Assembly: GCA_964016885.1 (NCBI GenBank)
Contig: OZ024743.1
Location: forward strand, 160,394,001 to 160,458,000
Origin: Eledone cirrhosa
Lineage: Eukaryota
DNA: 64,000 nt
Reading direction: 5' to 3'
Shown here: one piece after another, positions 51,089 to 62,360 of the stretch
Numbering within the stretch: the stretch's first letter is position 1
Layout of the letters: the number at the start of each line of letters is the position of its first letter
Program-made: the position numbers and the translations under genes
Notes under the pieces: model-generated
Told to the model about the DNA's origin: nothing
Databases searched by the model: none
What the model saw: only the letters and a program-made list of their open reading frames with translations

Positions 51089-54000
51089 GGTTTCTTTATT
51101 GGCCACAAGGGTTAACATGAAGAACGGATCAGGACGATACAAAGTGGGTTTTGGCCGTGTAAAATGGTTATAACAAGAAGATAAAAATGTGTAAAAACAA
51201 ATAAAAAATTCAAACAAAAGTTCCCTAACAGGGGGGGGGGGGACTTCCGAGGGTCACACGTGGCGAAAACCACACAAAGGACCACGGTCACACTGACCAC
51301 CAGGGTAAGCGCCCTCTCTCAGTTCTCCCACTCCTCAGTCTACAGGCGCATACTCAGAGCGACCCCGTTTATTCGGACCAGACTCGCCACTTTCACCCAC
51401 CTTTCAACAAACTTACCTGATTTTCCTCTTAAGTGAAATTTGAAAATGTTAATCAGGGATTGGCCGGAGAGGAAACGAGTCCGTCTTCAATCCTTTCAAC
51501 CATGTCTACCATAAACTCTCTTTCGCCATGGCCACCAGGCAGATGAAAACTCCCTGCCCTTCCTCTTCCTTAAAGGAGGACGGCCGGGCTATCTGCACAA
51601 AGGACTCAGTCGATAACCGTATCCGTCCTAAACGTGACAGCAACTGTTCGACATTGCCCACAAGTCAGCAATCGTCGGGCACTGAACGAGTGCGTGCACA
51701 ACGGTTTCGTCGCCCTGCACGCATCTCGGACAGGTTCGGCTGACGGCACTCCTTTGCCTGTAGAGCTTATCTCGAACTGGCAACACTCCCCGGAGGCACT
51801 GCCAGGCCAAGCATTTCTGGAATTTGTCCATAGGCCCCGGGCTGAAATTTCTCTTGAAGAGAGCAAACAGCTGATTGTCTTCGACACCCAGGGTCTCCTC
51901 GAGAACGTCGTTGCACTTCCCATCCACTAGCCCTCTATAGAACGCCGAGGTGGATGTTCCACCGATATCAGTGCCCAGCTGGTAGAGGGTGGTGAGCGCT
52001 TGGAGATATTCCAGCTTCCAAGCGCTATCACTCAGTCTTTTACGGATGCAGGACTGCAGCTCCGTTAATAAGCCGAGCAGGGGAAAAACACGTCTGACAA
52101 ACGGCGACGACACCTGTTCACCATCAAGGAAGCACCAAAGATGTTACAGCCTGAGCGCATGTTTGCGCATCATCAACCAGGGCATGCCCACTCCTCCACG
52201 CAGCGGGTGCTGACAAATGGACCGTCTGACCATGGGAGCACGGCCCTTCCACAAAAAGCGGAAGCGAAGGTGATCTATTTTGATCAGAGTTGGGCGAGGG
52301 CAAGGTACGACGGTCAGGTGGTAGCAGATGACGGACGCGATGTACGCATTTGCCACCTCCGCCCGACCTTTCAGTGATAGTCTCTTCTCGGCCCATTTCC
52401 GGGTAGAGATGCCACCCTGCTCGTCACCTCGCTCCAGTTTTTCACATCTGGAAGTCCGGACCGAACCAGATCCCGAGCAATTTAACCGGTCCTTCCGTCC
52501 AGCGCCCCACGACGCTGTCGGACGGCATGTACTTGCCTCTCATGGTACCGAGTTACAAGCCCACTGACTTTTCCTGGTTTGTCTTTGCTACTGTCACCGC
52601 TTCGTATTCCTTGAGAGAGGTAGACGTGTTTGGTGCTTGACACCACCACGGTGACGTCGTCGGCGTAAGCTGACACTGATCTCCCGCATCCCAGTTCGCG
52701 TGGGACCCCGCCTCATCGTCTCCAATTCGTGCAGTATCGGCTCGAATGCCAATACGTACAAGAGGGACGAGATGGGACAACCCCGGCGGACCGAGCGCAT
52801 GATGCTGAACGGCTGCGACAAGTGAACATTTACCATCACAATCGAGCAGATATTGCTGTGCATTGCAGCGATCCAGCCCCTAAAAACTGGCCCATTGTGG
52901 TGTGGTTGCTGGTGTTGATGCTTGTGGTGGTGTTGCTGCAAATCACCTTGCAGCCTTTACCCCTCTTTCTTTGCTTTCGCTTTTGGAGGAAGAAACTGTG
53001 GTGTTTTTGCGTCTGTATTTTTTTTTTTTTGACAACCGTTTCCCACTCCTCTGTCGCCTCATACTCCATGTCCAACTGTGAGAGGTCGGGGAGCGGTATG
53101 AGTTTTACCCTCTCATTTGTCTTTGTTGTTGCTGTAGGTGGTGGTGGTGGTGGACCCTGGTCTGCCGTTCTTGGCACGGGTGCAACTAGTGCAACTGTTT
53201 CTGTTGCTGCAGTTGCCGCTGATGTTTTTATTGTCCGTGGCTTTGGTGTGAGTGCCACGGACGTTCTCCTCCTACTCCCTGTAGAAGCTCCCTACTTTTA
53301 CGCTGACTGCTCTGTTTCTGATGGCAGCGGTTTCGACGTTGGAAGGAGAGGGACCTTCGCCTTTGTTATTTTCTGTGAGCAGAAGGTCCTGAGGTGAGAC
53401 TTTGGGCGCCTTCCTACCACATATATGGGAAGTTGGGAGCCATTCCCGTGGTCTATTATGTCGGGAATATCGCTGATGCAGTCCTGGTCGGTTTGGATGA
53501 GCATCTCTATTCCAATACCGGACCAGTCCTCTCTCCCCAACTTCTAAACCTGCAGAATGGTTATTCTATCCTCGATGCCCGCAAGAACAGACACGACAAG
53601 CCAAGGCACGTGTACGTAGGGTGGGACCGGGTTACCCTGACCTTTGCAATTTTTCCCGCAGTAAAACGGGACTAATTTTATGTCATCATTTCGTAGGGTC
53701 CTCATTGAGTGTGATTTTGCTTCCTGGGTGGTAGCAAAAAGGACGTCCATGGTAGCACACCTCTTGTCTCGGGTGATGTGGGTTTTCCGTGCTCACACAG
53801 TTCCCAAGGCCTTCTGGACTTGGGCCTCTGTGGCTCTCTCCACACAGCGTGATTTCGTGGCAATTGTTCGGTATGACATTGTGGGTCGCTCTTGTTCCTC
53901 CAGGAAGTCGGCTAGTGGGTTCAAGGACACTGAAAATTCAGTTCTGGTTGCCATGTGTCTTGCAACCGCCATCTCCTCCTCTGTGATCAGGACTGTTTCT

Positions 54001-54666
54001 ACGTTGCGAGCCACCTTTGCAAAAGAGATGGTCTTTTTTTTATTGGCATCATTGTTGCCGCAGATACTGCTGCTACTGGTCTTGTTGGTGCTGTTGCTAC
54101 TGCTACAAACGGTGTTGTTGGTGTTGTTGCTGTTATCACTGTTGCAGTTGGTTGTATTTTTGGTGCCGCCGTTGCTGTTGTTCTCGGTGCAGTTTGTATT
54201 GTTGCTGTTGGTGTTGTCGTTGTTCATTTTCTTGTTAGTGGTGTTAATATCGTTGTTGCATTTGTTGTCATTTTGTCTGTTGTCTGTATTGGTTGTCGCT
54301 GTTGCTGTTGTGATTGGTGTGGTCATTTTTTTCAAAATTAGTGTTCTCAATATCGTTGTCATTGTTGTCTTTGTTCACGTTGTTTGTGGTGGTGTTTGTT
54401 GTATCAATTTCTGTGTTCGCTGTACGCCATTGTCATACGACAGCAGACATATCCCGGGGGGGGGGGGGGGCTCAGCCATGATGTTTTGTTTCTTTTTTAT
54501 AATTTTTAACTGTAAAAAGTTTAAATATTTCGTCCAAAAGGCCCTTCACAGGGCAAAGTCCAAGGGCTTATGTCCCTTACACGACAACAAAAATTTACAG
54601 TAAATGATTTATAACAGGTAAATAAAGAGACTTACGGCAGCGAGCGAAAAGACGTCCGATCAGGCC
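51089..54666 (-). mobile_element. L1/Tx1-type LINE copy B; both ends present, endonuclease and N-half of RT deleted
   Basis: ORF1 from ATG ~54479 (MAEP) through 53298. Fusion near 52895 into GPVFRGWIAAM, then SAYADDVT and CPRCVQGDETVVHALVQC. Flanked by (AAT)n. Confidence 0.92.
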
Positions 54667-54675
54667 AATAATAAT

Positions 54676-54717
<42 letters not shown>
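54667..54717. repeat. (AAT)n tract at the Tx1 5' / Dong 5' junction
   Basis: Direct reading. Confidence 0.95.
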
Positions 54718-54719
<2 letters not shown>

Positions 54720-56707
54720 AAGACCGAATCAAGGGTAATGATGTTACCAACTATAGACCTATCACATGTCTGCCCGTAATGTGGAAACTGTTGACGAGCA
54801 TTGTGTCTGAGGAAATCTACCATCACCTCCACACAAACAACTTGTTGCCGGACGAACAGAAAGGATGCCGAAAGAAGTCACGTGGTACAAAGGACCAGTT
54901 GCTTATTGATAAGATGGTAATGGGGAATTGCAGGAGGAGACACACTGATCTTGCCATGGGATGGATAGACTACAGAAAGGCATTTGACATGGTGCCTCAT
55001 TCCTGGATCACCAAAAGCCTGGAGATCTTCAGGGTGGCAGATAACATCAGAGAGTTGCTGGGCAGGAGTATGGGGTCCTGGGAGACAGAGTTGACATCAA
55101 CTGGAGTATCCTTGGGAAGCGTGAAGATCAAGAGAGGTATCTTCCAGGGAGATAGCCTGTCCCCTCTGTTGTTTGTCCTTGCCCTGATGCCCTTGACCAT
55201 TATGCTGCGAAAAGTGAGAGCAGGATACAAGTTGGGAAGGGGAGAGCTTACCATCAATCACCTCCTCTTCATGGACGATCTTAAGCTCTTCGGGAAAAGT
55301 GAGAGGGAGTTGGATGTGCTTGTTGACACTGTCCGTATTTTCAGCAGTGATATATGTATGCAGTTTGGTATTGGTAAATGTGGAGTCATTGTGATGAGGA
55401 GGGGTAGGTTGAGCAGAAGTAACGGGATCCAGATACCAACAGGTGAGATGATAAAGGAAATTGACTCTGAGGAAGGATACAAGTATTTGGGCGTTCTGGA
55501 GGCTGATGGCATAAAGAACAAAAAAATGAAGGAATTGTTAAGAACTGAATACATTCGGAGAGTAAGGAGCGTATTGAAGTCACATCTGAACAGCAGAAAT
55601 GCCATAAGCGCAGTAAATTCCCGAGCTGTGTCTATTATTAGGTACAGTGCGGGAATTCTGAGATGGAATGTTGCTGAACAAAAAGAAATGGATAGGAAGA
55701 CTAGGAAGCTATTGACTATCTACAACATGTTCCACAAGAGGAGTGATGTCGATAGACTCTACCTAAGGAGATCTGAGGGTGGAAGAGGTCTTATCAGCAT
55801 AGAGGACTGTGTTCAGATGGAGAAAAACAACCTATACAAATACGTGACCTATAGTAAGGAGCCAATGCTCAGAGCTGTACTGAAGGAGGGGAGAGTAGGC
55901 CAGGGGATACCCAAGGAGGAAATAACATCAAGGAGGAAGAGCAGCCTTAAGGGAAAATCCCTTCATAGTACCTTCTTTGAGAAAACTGAATTTAGAGATC
56001 CACAGACATGGAACTGGTTGAGAAGAGGAGACCTCAAAAAGGCTACAGAAGGAATGCTAATGGCTGCGCAGGAGCAGGCCCTCAAAACGAAGTGGTTGAA
56101 GCACCATATCTACAAGGAGGAGGCTAGCCCACTGTGCAGGATCTGTGGAGAGAGAGAGGAGACTGTGGCTCACATTGTGTCCGAGTGTAAACACCTAGCC
56201 CAGACCCACTATAAGGGCTGGAGACACGATGTGATGGGCAGGGTGATCCACTGGCACCTGTGCAAAGTAAACAATCTACCACATTCTGAGAAATGGTATG
56301 AGCATAGGCCAGAGGCGGTGATGGAGAACAGTCAGGTGAAGGTGCTGTGGGATTTTAGGATACAGACGGACAAAAAACTGGAACACAATAGACCTGACCT
56401 GGTGGTTGTGGACAAAGAAAAAAGATCGTGCCTGATTGTGGATGTGGCCTGCCCGTTCGACACGAGAGTGCAAGAGAAGGAGAGGGAGAAAATTAACCGA
56501 TACCAGGACCTAAAGTGGGAGGTGAAAAGGATTTGGAACTGCCATGAAGTCAAAGTGATCCCGATTGTCATAGGCGCACTGGGGACTATCTCCAAAGGTT
56601 TCCAGGGATGGTTAAAGAAAATCGGCCCCTTCACGCTTTTTGGAACGCTTCAAAAGGCATGCTTGCTTGGAACGGCAAGAACCCTCCGATACGTCCTGAA
56701 TATCTGA
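54716..56707 (+). CDS. R4/Dong-clade non-LTR retrotransposon protein (RT + CCHC knuckle + restriction-like endonuclease), 5'-truncated but uninterrupted, 663 aa
   Basis: [93 protein letters not shown]. The element ends near 56781 in (AAT)n. Confidence 0.95.
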
Positions 56708-57087
56708 GGCTGCAGGTAGTGGCTTGATATTCAATCCAACGGACTTTCCAGTTAACCAACATCAATGACTGAGATTCAAGGAATAACAATAATAATAATA
56801 ATAATAATGATTTCTTTATTGGCCACAAGGGCTGACATCAAGAAAAACATCACAGACGGAACAGGACGGTACAATGTGGGTTTTGTGCGTGTAAATATTT
56901 TTATTATTTATATAAGAAAAGAAGAAAAAAAAGGACATAGAAACATATATATATATAAGCAATAAAAATGAAAATTGAAACAATGAAAAATTCCCCAATA
57001 GGGGGGGGGGGGGGAACCTCCGAGGGTTACTAGTGGCGAAAACCACACAAAAGACCACGGCCACTCTCAATTTTTCCATTTCTCAAA

Positions 57088-60028
57088 CTACAGACGTATA
57101 TTCACTCGGACCATTCTCGCTACATTCACCCACCTTTCAACAAACTTGCTAGAAGGAAGCACTTGCCTCTCCACCCTGATTTTCCTCTTCGAGTGAAACT
57201 TGAAAAAGTTAATCAGGGACTGGCCGGAGAGGAAAGTCTTCAACCCTTTTAACCTTGTCCACCACACAATCTCTTTCGCTATAGCAACCAGGCAGATGAA
57301 AATCGCCTGCCCTTCCTCCTCGAAGGAAGACGGTGAGACCATCTGCACAATGGACTCAGTCGACATCCGGATCAGTCCTACACGCGACAGCAACTGTTCG
57401 ACATAGCTCCACAAGTCTGAACGAGTGCGTGCACGACGGTTTCGTCGCTCTGCGCGCATCTCGGACAGGCTCGGCTGACGGCACTTCCGTGCCTGTAGAG
57501 CTTATCTCGAACCGGCAGCGCTCCCCGGTAGCACTGCAAGGCCAGGGATTTTTGGAAGTTATCCATAGGCCCCGGGCTGAAAGTTCTCCGGAAGAGAGCA
57601 AACAGCTGATCTTCTTCGACGTCCAGGATCTCTCCAAGAATGTCGTCGCTCTTCCCCTCCACTAGTCCTCTATAGAACGCCGAGGTGGATGTTGCACCAA
57701 TACTGGTGGCCAGCTGGCAGAGGGCAGTGAGTGCATGGAGACATTCCAGTTTCCAAGCGCTATCCCTCGATCTTTTTCTCACCCAGGACTGCAGCTCCGT
57801 CAAGGAGACGAGCTGTGGGAAAACATGCCTGGCGAACGGCGACCACACCTGTTCACCATCAAGGAAGCACCAGAGATGTCGCAGCCTCAGCGTATGTTTG
57901 CATCATCAGCCATGGCGTGCCCAGTCCTCCACGCAACGGGTATTGAGAGCAGATGGATCACCTGACCATGGGAGCGTGTCCCTTCGACAAAAAGCGGAAG
58001 AGGAGGCGCTCCATTTTGGTGAGAGTTGTGCTGGAGCAAGGGACGATGGTGAGGCGGTAGCAGATGACGGATGCGATGTACGCATTCGCCACCTGCGCCC
58101 GGCCTTTCAGGGACAGCTTCCTCTCGGCCCATTTCTGGGTGAGGGAGGCCACCCTGCTCGTCACCTCTTTCAAGTTTTTTCTCCATCTGGAGGTCCGGTC
58201 CGAACCAGACCCCGAGCAATTTAACCGGTGTCCGCCCTACGCCCCACAGCGCTGCCGGACGGCATGGACTTGCCTCTCAAGGTGCCGAGCTGCAAGCCCA
58301 CCGATTTTTCCTGGTCTATCTTTGCTCCTGTCACCACTTCGTATTCCTTGAGAGCGGTGCCGAGCATGTGGACGTGTCTGATGCTCGACACCACCACGGT
58401 GACGTCGTCAGCGTAAGCCGACTCGGATTTCCCGCATCCTAGTTCGCGTGGGACGCCCCTCATCGCTCCCAGTTTGTGCAGTAACGGCTCGAGAGCCAAT
58501 ACGTACAAGAGGGACGAGAGGGGACTACCGTGGCGGACTGAGCGCATGATGCTGAACGGCTGCGACAGGTGACCGTTCACCCTCACAACTGAGCAGATGT
58601 CGCTGTACATTGCTGCGATCCAACCCCTGAAAACGGGCCCAAAACCGGCTGCCTCGAGGACCGCCACCAGGTACCGATGGTCGACCCTATCGAATGCTTT
58701 GGATTGATTCAAATTGATCAGGGCCCCACCCGTGCCAGGCTCCTTAACCACTCTCTCTATGATGTATCGCATGAGGTGGAGGCTGTCTTTTATGGATCTG
58801 TCCGGAATGGCGTCTGTCTGCGCATCTCTCACTAGACCCCTGACGACAAGCGCCAACCTCGTTGCTAACACCTTGGCCAAAATCTTGAACTCTGCGTTTA
58901 GCAGGGTTATAGGCCTGAAATTATCGATAACATCCCCCTTGTTCGGGTCTTTTCTCAGCAGCGCCACTGCTCCCCGGCTCACAAAACTGGAAATGCTCCC
59001 GTTCTGCTGCCATTTGCAGTAGACGTCTGCCAAGAGGTCACCAAACAAGTCTGGCATAAATGCATAAAGCTCGTAGGGCCGACCATCCAAACCTGGCGAT
59101 TTACCCCTTGTGCAGTTAGCCATCGCTTCCCGTATTTCACCGGCTGTTATTGGCTTTTCGCAACACTGTGCTGCGGTCGTCGAGAGCCGAGGCAGTCCGT
59201 CGAGGTATGCACTGAAGTCCATGCCTTGATCCGGGCCGCCGCCGCTCCCGAATATTTCAGTAAAATGCTGCTGAAAAGCCTCACACATCCGCTCGAGTTC
59301 GAGCATCACGCACCCGTTTTAGTCAGACAAAGACCGAATTGTGGCTTTGTTGCCACGTCTGCCTCTTCCACCTGGGCCCATTGGACGGCTTTTGTGGACA
59401 ACTTATACTAGCCTTATCTAGTTCTCTGCAGAATATCCATCCTATCGAGATACGATCTGGATGACCCGATGCGGTTTGTCCATGTCCACATTGGCACATT
59501 CAGGTGATCCAGTCGATACCTGTCAGACACTTCAAAACGTCTTGCACCCACCTCCCCTATCCACTACCCCCACACAATCCCAGCGTTCATCCAAGATACC
59601 GTTCCAGTCGCCCACTAACACTAAAGAGCGGGACGTTCCAAGAAAGGTCTCTAGACGTTTGAAGAAATCTGGCCGTCCTGCCCCTGTTTGGGCGTAGACG
59701 GCTACTAGCCTGAAAGCATTGCCTTCGCTGCCAGTCACGTCCAGCACCCCCGACTTACCTTCTGGGTCTAGGAAGATGGCCGTATCGCGAGATCCAAGCC
59801 TCTCCGAAAAAGGGCGGCAAAACCTTCCCCCGATCCTGGACGGCTGGGAGATGCGTATACATCGTAGCCGCCGAAGATCGGTGCGAAGGCTTGTGCTTCG
59901 GAGATTCTGGTTTCACTGATGGCCACCACATCTATGTTTAGTGACCCGAGGTTGTTGAGCAGGTGACCCTGCTTCCAAGATGACCCTAGGCCACGTGCAT
60001 TTATACTGCCTATTCTGAGTACGGCCAT
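57088..60028 (-). pseudogene. Tx1 ORF2: APE endonuclease + RT + C-terminal zinc-binding domain, frameshifted and partly deleted
   Basis: MAVLRIGSINARGL..ISETR, LVAVYA, LVGDWN, GKSPGLDG, NFRPITLLNAEFKILAK, KAFDRVDH, SAYADDVT, CPRCAQSDETVVHAL. Confidence 0.93.
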
Positions 60029-60630
60029 GCTGGATGAGAAACGGGGCAAGTGAGAAAGGTCACTAACCTTGATCGTGTGGTGAAGGGACAGTAGAACCGT
60101 CCATTTCGCTGGTCATGGGTATTTCCAAGAGGTTGTCAGTGTATATCCTCTTTGTAACCGACCCTCTGAAGTCTCCAACTGCGTTGGGGAATTTTTGTTT
60201 TAAAGGTTTGTACTGTTCTATTGAGACTTCGAAGATGCTTATGTTTGTCGGGAGAGTTCTTGGTGTTGGTGGGGTGTAGTAGTTTTTTTTCTGTGACGTC
60301 TGTGTGCTGCTTTATATATTGTATGAGTTCTTTTTTTGCCATGTTTATGGCTGTGAACATTTTGGGGGGAGGGGTGATTTTGTTGCTGTTTTCTTCTTGT
60401 TGCTGTTTGGTGTGTGTATCTTGTGTTTGCGTTGTTGGTGTTTTGGGTGATGCTGGTGGTGGTGTGGTTGTTGTTGTCAGTGGTGCTTGTGGTGGTGATG
60501 GTGGTGAGGGTGGTGGTGTTGCTGCAAGTTTCCTTGCTGCCTTTACCCCTCTTTGTATGCCTTCGCTTTTGGAGGGTGAATCTAAGGGTTTTTTTCTTTT
60601 TTGTTTTTTTGTAGCAGACCGTTTGCCACG

Positions 60631-62172
60631 TCACTCCCGCCTCAAACTCCATGTCGGATTCTGTGGCGTCTGGGAGTGATATGCGCTCCAGGGCTGTTGG
60701 TGGGGGTAGTGGAGCCCTCTTCGGCAATTTGTTGCTGGTGTAGCTACTTCAAATGTAGCTATTGGTGTTGCCGCCACTGACGATGATGCTTTAGTTATCC
60801 GTGGCCTTGGTACGAGTGCTACGGACGTTGCCCTCCTACTCACCGTGGAAGGGGCTTCTTCGTTTGTTTCCTGCCCTGCTCTTGGTAGTAGCGGACCAGG
60901 TATTGGAAGGAGAGGGGCCTTCTTCGCTGTCTTTTTCGGGCAAAAGGCCCTGAGGTGACCCTTCGACCCACAGAGATAACATTTTGGCCGTCTTCCTTCT
61001 ACACTTATAGGGAGTTGGAGTCCTTCCTCGATGTCTATGATATCGGGGATAGCGTGGATACATTCCTGGTCAGTTTGTATAAGCATTTGCATGCCTATAC
61101 CTGACCAGTTCTCTCTCCCTATTTTTTTTACTTGCAGCATGGTCGTCCTGTTCTCGATTCCAGCAAGGACAGACGCGGCCAACCAAGGTATGGGCACGTC
61201 GGGTGGGACCTATGTCACTTTGACGCTCACAATTTTCTGCCCGTAGTAGGAGGGCACCAAGACTATCTCCTCACTCTTTAGGGTTTCCAAAGAGTGAGAC
61301 TTTGCTTCCCGGGGGGTGCCGAAATGTACGTCTACTGTGGCGTACTTTCTGCTCCGGGTGATGTGGATTTTGCGTGCCCAGACGCACCCCAAGGCCTTTG
61401 GGATTTGAGCCTCCTTGGCTCTCTCCACCCGATGTGAGATTTTGCTTACGGTGCGGTAAGTCACCGTCTGTAGCTGCTGGTCCTTGAAAAAATCGGGTGG
61501 AGGTTTCAGGGAGACTCTATTGGCGCTTCTTGTCACCATGGCTGATGCGACTGCCATCTCCTCCTCTGTGACTAACACTGTCTCGATATTTCGGGCGACA
61601 CCTGCAAAAGAAGTGGTCCCTTTTTCAGCAGCACCACTATTGCTGCCGCTACTGGTCTTACTGGTGGTGCTGAGATCGCTATTACAGGTATCGGTGTCAT
61701 TGTTGTTCTTTTCGCTGGTACAGTTGTTGGGGTTGTTTTCGTTGATACTGTTGCTGTTGTTACTGTTATTGTGGGTGTTGTTATTATTGTTGTTTTTGTT
61801 GATACTGTTCCTACTATTATTGTTGTTGTGGCTGTTGTTATTGTCATTGTTATTGTCGTTCTCGACCTTACTGCTGTTATTTTTGTTGTTGCTGTTGTTG
61901 TTGCTGTTGTTATTGAAGGTGTTGTTGTTGGTGTTGTTGTTGGTGTTATTGTTGGTGTTGTTTGTGTTAGAAATATTTGTTAATTTTAAATCTGTAACAA
62001 TCTTCTTTTCCTTTGTAATATTTTCGTTTATATTTACCTCCGCTCGAACGCTATCTTGTTGACATGCTGATAAAGTCTCCCTCTCTCTGTGTTGTCTGAC
62101 AGCGCTCTCTCTCTTTCTTGTGTTATCAATGTTGAAATTTAAAAAAAAGATATGTTTACACGAATACGACAC
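60631..62172 (-). pseudogene. Tx1 ORF1 (Asn-rich N-terminus, conserved core, CCHC knuckle) with a premature TAG at 61210
   Basis: ORFs 61210-62172 and 60631-61197 are in the same frame. Contains VEGRRPKCYLCGSKGHLRAFCP. Confidence 0.88.
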
Positions 62173-62360
62173 CCCGTAAAGGGGTGCCGTATTATTTACG
62201 AGTGAACTCCTATATTAGGTGGGTCACTTCTTCTAAACTTTTATCAAATTTAAAACTTGAATAAAAGGTTTAGAACGGTTGAAAACGAGGTAAAACGTTG
62301 AAAAAAACTGGAGGCGGTAAGAAGCGTGGCTTCACCAACAATAGTAATAATAATAATAAT

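Larger units (their letters stand above)
56809..62336 (-). mobile_element. L1/Tx1-type LINE copy C, near full length (~5.5 kb), disabled
   Basis: ORF1 and ORF2 remnants in order, 3' UTR ending CCCTTGTGGCCAATAAAGAAATC(ATT)n, with (AAT)n on both sides. Confidence 0.95.

Noticed and set aside
53680-54603. Leu/Val-rich membrane-protein-like ORFs (also 231-731, 11022-11408, 61484-62062)
   Set aside because: They are antisense frames of the AAC/AAT-rich tracts of retroelement ORFs.
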